From positions 1,416 to 54,274 of the forward strand of contig PMIE01000086.1 in NCBI GenBank assembly GCA_003156975.1: a stretch of 52,859 nt of DNA, given 5' to 3'. Shown in pieces: positions 18,171 through 27,008 of the stretch (within the stretch, counting starts at the first letter, position 1; the number at the start of each line of letters is the position of its first letter). Source of the stretch: Chloroflexota bacterium (lineage in GTDB: Bacteria; Chloroflexota; Limnocylindria; Limnocylindrales; CSP1-4). Made by a program: the position numbers and the translations under genes. The notes under the pieces are model-generated. The model did not search any database. It was not told where the DNA came from and saw only the letters and a list, made by a program, of their open reading frames with translations.

Positions 18171-18878
18171 TCACGTAGCGGACTTGGGGACCAGATAGAG
18201 CGCTGCCACGATCTTGGCGAACGTTGCCTGACTCACGCTGCTTGTACCGGTCGCCGTATAGCCCTTGGTCGTTCCCGCATTCACGTAGATCGCATACCCC
18301 AGCCCGGGGCCAAGCGTATAGAGGCCGCCACTCAGGTTGCCAAAATTGGCTCCACCCACGTATTTGTCATGAGGCGTGCAGGCGCTGCCGCCGCTCGTGC
18401 AGAAGGCGCCTTCCTTGATCGTGATCAGCCCGCCCGAGGGCCCGGAGTAGGTGGCCGTCAAAGTGCCGCCGTGCGGATAGGTGTCTTTGACGTTCTTGAA
18501 GTGCCAGCCCGAGGGCACATGTCCACAATAGACCGCGAACTTGAGAACCTTGGACTCGGTTACAAACCAGGCCTGGGTGCTGGCTGAACCGGAGCAGCCG
18601 CTGCCGAGATTGGTGGGGCTCGGCGATGGGGATGCAGTCGGAGGAACTGAAACCACCGGGGTTGGCAGCCCCGATTGGGCTGCCAGAGTGTCTGTGGGCG
18701 CACCGGACTGCGGCGTCAGCGTCGCGGTGTCGTCTGGGGTCGCCGAGTCCGACGGAGACGGGACCGTCGTGTAGAGGTAAATGGGTGTCGGGTGCGCAGC
18801 CGTACACGCGGTCACTATCAGAGCGAGGCCCGCGACCGCGGCAATGATCGAAGGGGCGCGCCTGCGCGGATTGTTCAC
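18171..18878 (-). CDS. lipoprotein, paralog 2 of 17285..17965
   Basis: ORF track gives 18171..18929. The GTG at 18878 lies 5 nt after GGGAGGAG. The lipobox is LIVTAC. The linker and C-terminal domain match paralog 1. Confidence 0.65.
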   Translation of the reverse strand: MNNPRRRAPSIIAAVAGLALIVTACTAAHPTPIYLYTTVPSPSDSATPDDTATLTPQSGAPTDTLAAQSGLPTPVVSVPPTASPSPSPTNLGSGCSGSASTQAWFVTESKVLKFAVYCGHVPSGWHFKNVKDTYPHGGTLTATYSGPSGGLITIKEGAFCTSGGSACTPHDKYVGGANFGNLSGGLYTLGPGLGYAIYVNAGTTKGYTATGTSSVSQATFAKIVAALYLVPKSAT

Positions 18879-18977
18879 GATCACTCCTCCCTGGTGCCGT
18901 TTTCCCCCAGTCTCGCAGTCAAACGCCAAGAGGAGCCATGCTCGACCGGAACGGATATCTCGATTAGAAGGCCGGCC

Positions 18978-19280
18978 TCAGACAGGGACGGCCGGCTGGG
19001 CGGTGAAGATGGACTCCTGAGCCGTCTCGGGGAGCATCACGCCCAGTATCTTTTGCAGGGCGAGGACGTGAACGCATGACCCCCAGCTCTCGAAGAAGTG
19101 GCAAGTGCAGTGCCAGGCTTCGCTTTCGAGACGAACCGTATGAGTATCGTTGTCGCCCTTAAATGTGACCGCGAGCTGTTCGAATGAGATCCGATCCAGC
19201 TCGCGAGAGTAGCGGTTCGCCTTCTCGACTTTTCCAATTAGAGAGCTGTGCATCGCCTGTAACCCTCCGTCGCCCTGCAT
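18978..19280 (-). CDS. small stand-alone SWIM zinc-finger protein
   Basis: 100-aa protein. The CxCx(n)CxH signature is WHCTCHFFESWGSCVHVLAL. The gene is visibly less GC-rich than its neighbours. Confidence 0.7.
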   Translation of the reverse strand: MQGDGGLQAMHSSLIGKVEKANRYSRELDRISFEQLAVTFKGDNDTHTVRLESEAWHCTCHFFESWGSCVHVLALQKILGVMLPETAQESIFTAQPAVPV

Positions 19281-19452
19281 TGCCCCGAAGAGGTCACTGC
19301 CCTGCCGCGGGGTCGCGGCGGTGGGCAGCTAGGCCATCACTGTACAGCTGCGAGCAAAGATCCGGGGGGGGCATTCCGCCTGGCGATCGGCTGAGCTGCT
19401 GGTACTTTCTGGCCGGTCTCGCTGCGGTGCAGTAGGGCGCGCGAAAGGGAGC

Positions 19453-20934
19453 TCATCCAGCTCGAACGATCGCCTCGCCGGCCATCAGATTCGCATCAAC
19501 GGCGGCGTCCGAAACCGCCTCCGTGTAGACGCGCACGAGGGGCTCGGTGCCGCTGAACCTGATCAGTAGCCATGATCCGTCGTTGGCGAAGAACTTGAAG
19601 CCGTCGTTGGTGGAGAGGGTCTGAGTGCGCACGACCGGCCGCCCGGCAAGCTCTCGCGGAGCTCTCTGCGGCAACTCGACCAGGAGGCGATCCTTCAGCG
19701 CGGGATAGACCGTCCGATCGAAATGCACGTCCACGCGGCGATAGCTGGAGGGCCCGGCGATCTCGTGGAGGTGGGCGATCGCGCGCGACACGGGCCATCG
19801 TCCGGCGTCCCTCTCGCGCAGGAAGAGGTCGAGCAGCATCAGGTCGGTGAAGATGCCGTCTCGCTCGGGCAGGTGCATGCCGAAACCAAACCCACCCGAC
19901 TCCTCGCCGCCCATCATCGCGCCCGTCTCGATCATCTTGGGCCCGACGTACTTGAAGCCGACTGGGACCTCGTAGACCGCCACTCCATAGCGCTCGCCGA
20001 GCCGGTCGGCCATGGAGGTCTCGTTGACGGTCTTGACGACAGGTGCCCGCAGACCGCGATGCTCGGCCAGGTAGTACATGAGCAGGGCGTAGATCTGCAG
20101 GGTGCTGATGAACGTGCCGCGCTCATCAGCCATGCCCGAGCGATCCGCATCGCCATCGAGAAGCAGGCCGAGGTCGAATCGGCCGCCGGCGATCGTCGCC
20201 AGAGCCTCGTTCACGTTGGGTGGGATCGGCTCCGGGTTCACGCCGCCGAAGTACGGATTGCGTTCGGAATGCAATTCCATGACGCGGATCTTGCCGCCTG
20301 CCAGGAGACGAGGCATCCAGGTTGCGCCCGAGCCGTAGAGCGGATCGACCAGCAGATCCACGTCCGCGGCGCGGAGGCGGTCCAGATCGAGGTTCGTGCC
20401 TATGAACTTCTGATAGGCCTCGAAGGAGTCGTAGCGGTCGACGAGACCGGCCGCCTCGGCATCGGCGAAGGGTCTGCTATCGATCTTGTTGCCGGCACCG
20501 GCGGCTATCAGACGCTCGATCTCAGTCAGCATCTCTGGCCCGGCCGCGGAGCCCGCAGGCGACTTGATCTTGAAGCCGTTGTCGGTCCAGGGATTGTGGC
20601 TCGCGGTGATGACGATTCCGGCGGCCGCACCTCGCTGGACCACCTCGAACGAGGACATTTGCGTCGGCAGCGCGCGCTGTGCGAAGACGATCGGAATGTC
20701 GTGGGCCAGAACGACTTCAGCGGCGGCGGCGGCGAAATGCTCGCTGGCGAAGCGCCGGTCGTAGGCGAAGACGATGCCCTTGCTCTGCTCGCTGCGCGCG
20801 ACCACCCATTCCGCGACGGCCTTGGCGCACCGGCGCACGTTGACAAAGGTGTAGTCGTCGGCGATCTTCGCCCGCCAGCCGTCCGTACCGAAGGCGATCC
20901 TGGTCGGCTCGTAGTCGGTCGAGCTGCCGCTCAA
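19453..20934 (-). CDS. phosphomannomutase/phosphoglucomutase (alpha-D-phosphohexomutase)
   Basis: The active-site loop is TASHNPWTDNGFK and the metal loop is LLDGDADRSG. The TTG start overlaps the manC stop as TTGA. Confidence 0.9.
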   Translation of the reverse strand: MSGSSTDYEPTRIAFGTDGWRAKIADDYTFVNVRRCAKAVAEWVVARSEQSKGIVFAYDRRFASEHFAAAAAEVVLAHDIPIVFAQRALPTQMSSFEVVQRGAAAGIVITASHNPWTDNGFKIKSPAGSAAGPEMLTEIERLIAAGAGNKIDSRPFADAEAAGLVDRYDSFEAYQKFIGTNLDLDRLRAADVDLLVDPLYGSGATWMPRLLAGGKIRVMELHSERNPYFGGVNPEPIPPNVNEALATIAGGRFDLGLLLDGDADRSGMADERGTFISTLQIYALLMYYLAEHRGLRAPVVKTVNETSMADRLGERYGVAVYEVPVGFKYVGPKMIETGAMMGGEESGGFGFGMHLPERDGIFTDLMLLDLFLRERDAGRWPVSRAIAHLHEIAGPSSYRRVDVHFDRTVYPALKDRLLVELPQRAPRELAGRPVVRTQTLSTNDGFKFFANDGSWLLIRFSGTEPLVRVYTEAVSDAAVDANLMAGEAIVRAG

Positions 20935-22022
20935 GACTTCTCCTCATGCTTCGCCTTGGATCCCTGACCGAGATTCGGGTATTCCTGGGCGATGGTCTTG
21001 ACATCCTGGGCATGCTCGGCCGAGCAGACCAGCAACGCCTCGGGCGTGTCGATGACGATGACATCGCGGAGTCCGATAGTCACCACCAGACGGTTGCCCG
21101 CCAGGACCATGCTGTCGACGGAACCCAGGTCGCGGCGAGTTCCCAGACCCACGACGCCGGGCGCCCGAGGTCCCGCGGCATCTCGCCACGTGTCCTTCAG
21201 GGAGGACCAACTGCCGAGGTCGCTCCAGCCGACGCTCATCGGCACGACGGAAACGGCGCCTTCCAGCGAGGCCGGCTCCATGACGGCGTAGTCGATCGAC
21301 GTCGACCGGATCGCCGGATAGGCCTCGAGCATCTTTTCCGCCGTTCCATCCTCCACGATGGTCCGAACCGCGTTCAGGATGTCGGCCGCGTGCCGCTCGA
21401 GCTGATCGCGGATGGTTGCTCGAGTCCAGGCGAAGATGCCGGCGTTCCAGCTGGCCAGGCCCGTGACGATGAGATCGGCCGCCCTGTCCGCCGTGGGCTT
21501 CTCCACGAACCGATCGACGGCGAAGGTTGGGCACCCGGCCACTTCCCGTTTCGGCGGGCTGGCGAGCACGTAGCCGTAGCCCGTCTCCGGACTGGTGGGA
21601 GTGACGCCGAGAGTAACAAGGGACCCGCCCCGAGCCACTTCCGCCGCCGCCACGAGGACCTCGCGAAAACCGGCCTCGTCGGCGATGTGAGCGTCGGCCG
21701 GCAGAACGAGCATCACCTCGTCGTCAGGACGGCCGATCAGCTCGGCCGCCAGTGCAACGGCCGCCGCGGTATTGCGCCCGACAGGTTCGCCTATGCGATT
21801 AGCAGCCGGAACGGCCGGCAGCTGCTCCGCAACGAGCCCGAGGTGGCGCCGCTCGGCGACGACGTAGACATCCTCCGGCAGCACCAGGGGCGCAAGCCGC
21901 GCCACGGTCCGCTGGATGAGCGTGTCATCGCCGAGAAGCTTCAGGAACGGCTTGGGGCACTCGGGCCGGCTGAGTGGCCAGAGTCTTGTTCCGCCTCCGC
22001 CGGCAAGAACGACGGCGTACAC
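20931..22022 (-). CDS. manC: mannose-1-phosphate guanylyltransferase
   Basis: The N-terminus is YAVVLAGGGGTRLWPLSR..PKPF. Length and layout match an NTP-transferase-only ManC/CpsB. The start is GTG at 22022. Confidence 0.85.
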   Translation of the reverse strand: MYAVVLAGGGGTRLWPLSRPECPKPFLKLLGDDTLIQRTVARLAPLVLPEDVYVVAERRHLGLVAEQLPAVPAANRIGEPVGRNTAAAVALAAELIGRPDDEVMLVLPADAHIADEAGFREVLVAAAEVARGGSLVTLGVTPTSPETGYGYVLASPPKREVAGCPTFAVDRFVEKPTADRAADLIVTGLASWNAGIFAWTRATIRDQLERHAADILNAVRTIVEDGTAEKMLEAYPAIRSTSIDYAVMEPASLEGAVSVVPMSVGWSDLGSWSSLKDTWRDAAGPRAPGVVGLGTRRDLGSVDSMVLAGNRLVVTIGLRDVIVIDTPEALLVCSAEHAQDVKTIAQEYPNLGQGSKAKHEEKS

Positions 22023-22028
22023 GGAGTC

Positions 22029-23246
22029 CTAGCGCCCGACCGCTTCCGCCAGAACGACCCCGCATTCGTCGGCCAGAGCCGCTGCCTTGTTGGTCCGCTC
22101 CCACGGGAAATCGTGGTCGGTGCGCCCGAAGTGGCCGTACGCGGCGGTCGCCTGGTAGATAGGCCGCCGCAGGTCCAGCGCCTCGATGATGCGCGAGGGG
22201 CGCAGGTCGAAGTGCTTGTTGATCGCCGCCAGGATCTTCTCGTCGGAGACCTTCTCGGTGCCGTAGGTCTCGATCGACACGGAGACCGGATGAGCTACGC
22301 CGATGGTGTAGGCAAGCTCGATCTCGAACCGATCGGCGAGGCCGGCGGCGACGACGTTCTTCGCGACCCAGCGAGCGGCGTAGGCGGCCGAGCGATCGAC
22401 CTTCGTCGGATCCTTGCCCGAGAAGGCACCGCCGCCGTGGCGGGCCATGCCGCCGTACGTGTCGACGATGATCTTGCGGCCCGTCAGACCGGCATCGCCC
22501 ATTGGACCACCGATGACGAAGCGGCCCGTGGCATTGATATGAGTGACCGGGTCCTTGACCCGTAGCTCGGCCGGGATGATCGGCAGGATCACCGATTCCA
22601 TGATGTCCGCGCGGAGTTTCTCGATCAGGATGTCGGGGTCGTGCTGGGCGGCAACCACCACATTGGCGACTCGCTTGGGCACGCCGTGGTCGTACTCAAC
22701 GGTGACCTGGGTCTTGCCGTCGGGACGGAGGTACGGCAGCTGACCGCTCTTGCGGACTTCCGCCAGACGGCGGGCCAGGCGATGGGCCAGCGCGATCGGG
22801 AGCGGCATGAGTTCCGGCGTCTCGCGGCAGGCGAAACCGACCATCATTCCCTGGTCGCCGGCACCGAGTTCGGCCTTGCCGTGGCCACGATCCTCGAGTG
22901 CATCGTCCACGCCCTGGGCGATGTCCGGTGACTGCTCCTTGACCGACACGAGCGTTCCGCAGGTCAGGTAGTCGAAGCCCCACTCGGCGTTGGTGTAGCC
23001 GATCTCTTTGACCGTGTCGCGAACGATGGCCTGGAAGTCCACATACGTCGACGTGCTGATCTCGCCGAGCACCAGAACCAGACCCGTGGTCGTGGCGGTC
23101 TCGCAAGCCACTCGAGCGTAGGGGTCCTTGGCCAGAATGGCGTCCAGGATCGCGTCGGACATCTGGTCGCACATCTTGTCGGGATGGCCTTCGGTCACCG
23201 ACTCGGACGTGAACAGGTATTGCGGGTCGTCGAGAATGCTGGTCAT
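22029..23246 (-). CDS. metK: S-adenosylmethionine synthetase
   Basis: Motifs seen are [31 protein letters not shown] and GGGAFSGKD. The ATG at 23246 follows GGGAG. Confidence 0.95.
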   Translation of the reverse strand: MTSILDDPQYLFTSESVTEGHPDKMCDQMSDAILDAILAKDPYARVACETATTTGLVLVLGEISTSTYVDFQAIVRDTVKEIGYTNAEWGFDYLTCGTLVSVKEQSPDIAQGVDDALEDRGHGKAELGAGDQGMMVGFACRETPELMPLPIALAHRLARRLAEVRKSGQLPYLRPDGKTQVTVEYDHGVPKRVANVVVAAQHDPDILIEKLRADIMESVILPIIPAELRVKDPVTHINATGRFVIGGPMGDAGLTGRKIIVDTYGGMARHGGGAFSGKDPTKVDRSAAYAARWVAKNVVAAGLADRFEIELAYTIGVAHPVSVSIETYGTEKVSDEKILAAINKHFDLRPSRIIEALDLRRPIYQATAAYGHFGRTDHDFPWERTNKAAALADECGVVLAEAVGR

Positions 23247-23672
23247 CGTTCTCCCAGGGCGCCTAGCCGGCGCGCGGATGTTTGTTCGTCGGGTGTTGGG
23301 CGAAGGTTAGCATGAGAGCGGCCGCCGTCCGCGGGAACCCTGCCCTTGCGCCCCCGGCGCGTGGCTCCTCAGCGAACTGCTCATCTTCACCGCGGGTGAT
23401 GCAAGGCATGCCCAAGCGACCGTCGACGGAAGCCGACGCCAATCCGCCGGGTATCCCACGCTCGCGAAGAGACCTACTTGCACGGTGGACAAACAGACGG
23501 CGCCATCCCGCTCCCTAGCATCACCGCCACTGAAGATGAGTGCGAGACAGGCCTGGTGCGCGCCTTCGGATCACCGCGATACCGACCCAGAACAACGGCT
23601 TGCGCACGAGCCTTCGCTTCAGGCCGGTGGTGATTGCGCAGCCGCGACATGTTGTCCCCCGTCGAGTTCAGC
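23247..23672 (-). promoter_or_regulatory. long structured metK 5' leader / ahcY-metK spacer with alternative helices (class unknown)
   Basis: The noncoding gap is 426 nt. The segment at 23518-23540 can pair either with 23617-23637 (upstream on the mRNA) or with 23380-23402 (10 bp, an internal loop, then 8 bp). See findings. Confidence 0.35.
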
Positions 23673-23690
23673 TCACGTTCCGTGCTGCCA
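23668..23690. repeat. direct repeat, copy 1 (TCAGCTCACGTTCCGTGCTGCCA), at the 3' end of the DUF4240 gene
   Basis: 21 of 23 nt are identical to 24153..24175. It includes the stop and the last five codons (WQHGT). Confidence 0.85.
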
Positions 23691-24137
23691 ACACGCCTTG
23701 TTAGAGTACGTCTCGTACGAGACTCCGGCCTTGTCTCGGACCTCGTCACCGTCCCGGCCGGTCTTGCGTTCGAAAGCGGTTGGAGCGACGTAGAGAAGAG
23801 CCTCGAATTCGATGTCCTTCGGCATCTGCTTGCAATCCCCAAGAACGGAGTCGAAGAACTCAGGGCCGTTCGCAACAACGGCGCAGCGAGAGTAAAGGAA
23901 GCCGTCTTCCGAGAGTGAGTCGGGCTCGCCCCACCACACGGTCTCACCGCTTTCGCGAGCCCATGCACGTCCGTCGATGGCATAGAGCTTGAGAGTCAAG
24001 GCATTCTGAAACTCAGCTATCTCCGCTTCGGGCAGAGCGGCCAATGCCTTCACGACTGGGGCAACAACCTTCTCGTCGTTGCCCTCGTACTTCCAGTTGA
24101 GCTTCGAGATTAGGCCCCAGAAAGTAGCGTCGTCCAT
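23673..24137 (-). CDS. DUF4240-like protein
   Basis: 154-aa protein. The opening MDDATFWGLISKLNW... and its overall look match the DUF4240 family as I recall it. A strong SD (AAGGAGGGG) lies upstream. By hand count the gene is roughly 58% GC, below the flanks. The C-terminal WQHGT is copied from ahcY. Confidence 0.7.
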   Translation of the reverse strand: MDDATFWGLISKLNWKYEGNDEKVVAPVVKALAALPEAEIAEFQNALTLKLYAIDGRAWARESGETVWWGEPDSLSEDGFLYSRCAVVANGPEFFDSVLGDCKQMPKDIEFEALLYVAPTAFERKTGRDGDEVRDKAGVSYETYSNKACWQHGT

Positions 24138-24152
24138 CGGCCCCTCCTTGTG

Positions 24153-24175
24153 TCAGATCACGTCCCGTGCTGCCA
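24153..24175. repeat. direct repeat, copy 2 (TCAGATCACGTCCCGTGCTGCCA), at the 3' end of ahcY
   Basis: See copy 1. The spacing between the two copies is 485 bp. Confidence 0.85.
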
Positions 24176-25483
24176 GGAGGCAAGGTACTTCACCTGCTCC
24201 GGAGTGAGCGGATCCAGGACGATGTCCAGCGCCGCCAGTTTGAGGCGAGCCACTTCGACGTCTATCTCCTGCGGCACGTCGTAGACGCCCTTCGGCAGAT
24301 CCGCGTGCTTCCTGGCCAGGTACTCGCCGGCGAGAGCCTGATTGGCGAAGCTCATATCCATGACCGAAGCCGGGTGTCCGGCGGCGCAGCTCAGGTTCAC
24401 GAGCCGGCCCTCGGCCAGGACGTGCAGCCGTTTGCCGCCGACGGTGTACTCGACCACGTTCTCGCGGACTTCGCGGATCTTGTCGCCGGCGAGCTTGGTA
24501 AGCCCGGGCAGATCGATCTCACAATCGAAGTGGCCGGAGTTGGCCATGATCACGCCATCGCGCATCTTGGTCATGTGCTCCGGCCGGATGACGTGGATGT
24601 CGCCGGTGGCGGTCACGAAGATATCCCCCCACGACGCGGCGTCGCCGATCGTCATGACGAGGTTGCCGTCCATCAGCGCCTCGAGGGCGCGGACCTGGTC
24701 GACCTCGACCACCGCGACCTGAGCGCCCATGCCACGGAACCGGGACGCGATGCCCTTGCCGCACCAGCCGTAGCCGGCAACGACGACGTGGCGACCGGCG
24801 ATCAGGAGGTTCGTAGCCCGGATGATGCCGTCCACAGTGGACTGGCCGGTGCCGTAGCGGTTATCGAAGAGATGCTTGGTCAGCGCCTCATTCACGGCCA
24901 CGACCGGGTAGCCGAGGGCGTCGTCGGCGGCCATCGCCTTGAGGCGGATGACGCCGGTGGTCGTTTCTTCCGTTCCGGCGAAGATCTCGGCGAGCTGGTC
25001 GCGGCGCTCCTGATGGATGAGAGTCACGAGGTCGCAGCCATCGTCCATGGTCATGTGTGGCCGGATGTCCGCTGCAGCGTTCAGATGCCTGTAGTACATG
25101 TCGCGGTCGGCGCCGTGGCGGGCGAAAGTCGAGATGCCGTACTCGACGACGAGCGCCGCGGCCGTCTCGTCCTGAGTCGAGAGCGGGTTCGAGGCGCACA
25201 GGACCACTTCCGCGCCGCCGGCCTTGAGCGTTCGGACAAGGTTCGCGGTTTCGGTGGTGACATGGAGGCAGGCCGCCAGGCGCAGGCCCTTGAGCGGCTT
25301 CTCCTTCTCGAATCGCTGGCGGATCAACCGGAGGACCGGCATCTCTCGCTCGGCCCATTCGATGCGCCGCTTGCCCTCGGCAGCAAGGCTCAGGTCGGCG
25401 ACGTCATGGCGGGGCAGGTTCGAGTTGCCGCCCGAGCCGGGCGCGGGAGCTGTTTGCGGGTTCGGAATGGCCATGCCGTTCAA
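24158..25483 (-). CDS. ahcY: adenosylhomocysteinase
   Basis: Motifs seen are the NAD-binding [15 protein letters not shown]-type regions and HFDCEID. Length is 441 aa. The start is TTG at 25483 (overlapping the GNAT stop) or ATG at 25474. Confidence 0.95.
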   Translation of the reverse strand: MNGMAIPNPQTAPAPGSGGNSNLPRHDVADLSLAAEGKRRIEWAEREMPVLRLIRQRFEKEKPLKGLRLAACLHVTTETANLVRTLKAGGAEVVLCASNPLSTQDETAAALVVEYGISTFARHGADRDMYYRHLNAAADIRPHMTMDDGCDLVTLIHQERRDQLAEIFAGTEETTTGVIRLKAMAADDALGYPVVAVNEALTKHLFDNRYGTGQSTVDGIIRATNLLIAGRHVVVAGYGWCGKGIASRFRGMGAQVAVVEVDQVRALEALMDGNLVMTIGDAASWGDIFVTATGDIHVIRPEHMTKMRDGVIMANSGHFDCEIDLPGLTKLAGDKIREVRENVVEYTVGGKRLHVLAEGRLVNLSCAAGHPASVMDMSFANQALAGEYLARKHADLPKGVYDVPQEIDVEVARLKLAALDIVLDPLTPEQVKYLASWQHGT

Positions 25484-26340
25484 GACTCCTTACGAGCGAA
25501 TATGCGGCGAATCGCTCCCGTCCAGCCGGTCCACGGCAACTCGGAACGATGAATCAGCCGCTCTTCAAATGTCACGTTTACCTGGTATCCAAGCCGCCGA
25601 TAGGCGGCCAACGCCGGCGGATTATCCGCCCGCACGTTCAGCGCGACCTGGTCGCAGTGCTTCAGCAGCTCCGCGGTGACCGCTCCGGTGACGCCGGTAG
25701 CGTACCCGCGTCCGCGAAAATCGGCGTGGGTCATCACGTTTCCGACGACCGCCAGCTTCGCGGCCGGGCTGATGACGTGGGTTCCCGCCGCCGAAACGAG
25801 GCGGCCGTTGACCCGAAAGCCGTAGTAGATCCCGTCGCTGATCGCCGTCGCCGGGAGCCACGATGCGAAACCCAGTTGATAGAGGCGGTTGAGTTCGCCG
25901 ATCTCCACCGGAAGGAGCCGCTGGACGTCCGCCGGGAAGGGCCGAAAATGTTCGGAGTCGACCCACATGCGGACCATTGCAGGCCCTGGGTCCACGCGGT
26001 AGCTGGCCGCTATCGCTGCCAGATTCTCCTGTCTGGCAGCCACATATGCGGTCCGGGGCTTGATGACGTCGGCCAGGATCGCCTCTATGCCGGCGTTCTC
26101 GCCCATGACGAAGATGGGCTGGGGCGAGTAGCCCGCGTACTGCAAGACGACCGCAATCGGCTTGCCGGCGACAAGCGCAATTCCCCAGCGAGTCCGCAGG
26201 AACTCCCGATCGTCAAGGTCGCACAGGGCGTAGGCCGAATACAGCCGGTCCGTCTCGAGGAAGGCTCGCAGCATCGACCGATCGGCCGTCTCCTGGACCA
26301 CGATCGTCCGGTCACGGCGAGTCAGCGTGATCGATGTCAC
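25480..26340 (-). CDS. GNAT family N-acetyltransferase (FR47-like C-terminal domain)
   Basis: The C-terminal acetyl-CoA motif is [16 protein letters not shown] followed by ...[13 protein letters not shown]. The N-terminal half (about 150 aa) is unassigned. Confidence 0.75.
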   Translation of the reverse strand: MTSITLTRRDRTIVVQETADRSMLRAFLETDRLYSAYALCDLDDREFLRTRWGIALVAGKPIAVVLQYAGYSPQPIFVMGENAGIEAILADVIKPRTAYVAARQENLAAIAASYRVDPGPAMVRMWVDSEHFRPFPADVQRLLPVEIGELNRLYQLGFASWLPATAISDGIYYGFRVNGRLVSAAGTHVISPAAKLAVVGNVMTHADFRGRGYATGVTGAVTAELLKHCDQVALNVRADNPPALAAYRRLGYQVNVTFEERLIHRSELPWTGWTGAIRRIFARKES

Positions 26341-26402
26341 TTCCCGAACCTCGGGGAATCAGAGTCGCCGCAACCCGAGTCTCTCACCAAACCATCCGTG
26401 GA

Positions 26403-26945
26403 TCAGTACTGGATGACGCTCGTGGTCTTGTACTCCTGGAGCCGATCGCGGCCCTTGAGCGACAACAGCTCAACCAGGAATGCCAGCCCAACGATCTTGC
26501 CCTGCAGGCGCTCGACGAGTTCTATCGTGCCGCGAACCGTTCCTCCCGTGGCGAGCAGATCGTCGACGATCAGCACTCGCTGGCCGGGCTGGATGGCGTC
26601 CTTGTGAATCTCGAGGGTGTTGGACCCGTACTCGAGGGCGTACTCCACCGAGACCGTCTCGCCGGGCAGCTTGCCGAGCTTCCGCACGGGGATGAGTCCC
26701 GCGTGAAGCTGATAGGCAATGGGACCGCTGAAGATGAAACCGCGCGACTCCATCCCCACGACCAGATCGACCTCCAGATTGCGGTACGGTTCGATCATCA
26801 GGTCTATGGCGTTCTTGTAGGCCGCCGCATCCTTGAGCAGGGTTGTGATGTCGTAGAAGAGAATGCCCGGCTTGGGGAAGTCGGGAATCTCGCGGATCTT
26901 GGCGCGCAGCTCCTCGGCTGACATGTCGCGGCGGTCCTCCGGCAA
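26403..26945 (-). CDS. apt: adenine phosphoribosyltransferase
   Basis: Motifs seen are IPDFPKPGILFYDIT and the PRPP loop VLIVDDLLATGGT. An alternative ATG lies at 26924. Confidence 0.9.
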   Translation of the reverse strand: MPEDRRDMSAEELRAKIREIPDFPKPGILFYDITTLLKDAAAYKNAIDLMIEPYRNLEVDLVVGMESRGFIFSGPIAYQLHAGLIPVRKLGKLPGETVSVEYALEYGSNTLEIHKDAIQPGQRVLIVDDLLATGGTVRGTIELVERLQGKIVGLAFLVELLSLKGRDRLQEYKTTSVIQY

Positions 26946-27008
26946 GGGCGGCTGGGTTCGGCAGGCGAAGTCTACCGCAGCGCCAGACCAGTCCGAGCGG
27001 CCAGACGG

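Noticed and set aside
23474-23650. A 58-codon uORF (MSRLRNHHRPEAKARAQ...CPPCK) in the metK leader, with a GGGGGA SD-like element, spanning the alternative-helix segments.
   Set aside because: The third codon position is only about 64% G/C by my count, against the strong G/C bias of real genes here. It is the tail of a longer out-of-frame ORF. It is not enriched in Met codons, so there is no good evidence that it is a leader peptide. Ribosome profiling could revisit this.
23247-23672. Calling the metK leader a SAM-I (S-box) or SAM-IV riboswitch.
   Set aside because: The outer helix ends (CUCAUC.../...GAAGAUGAG) resemble S-box P1. I could not find the conserved core elements (GGCAACC-type P3, the GGUGC..AA junction, the kink-turn GA pairs) in the right order. 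It is reported only as an unclassified structured leader.
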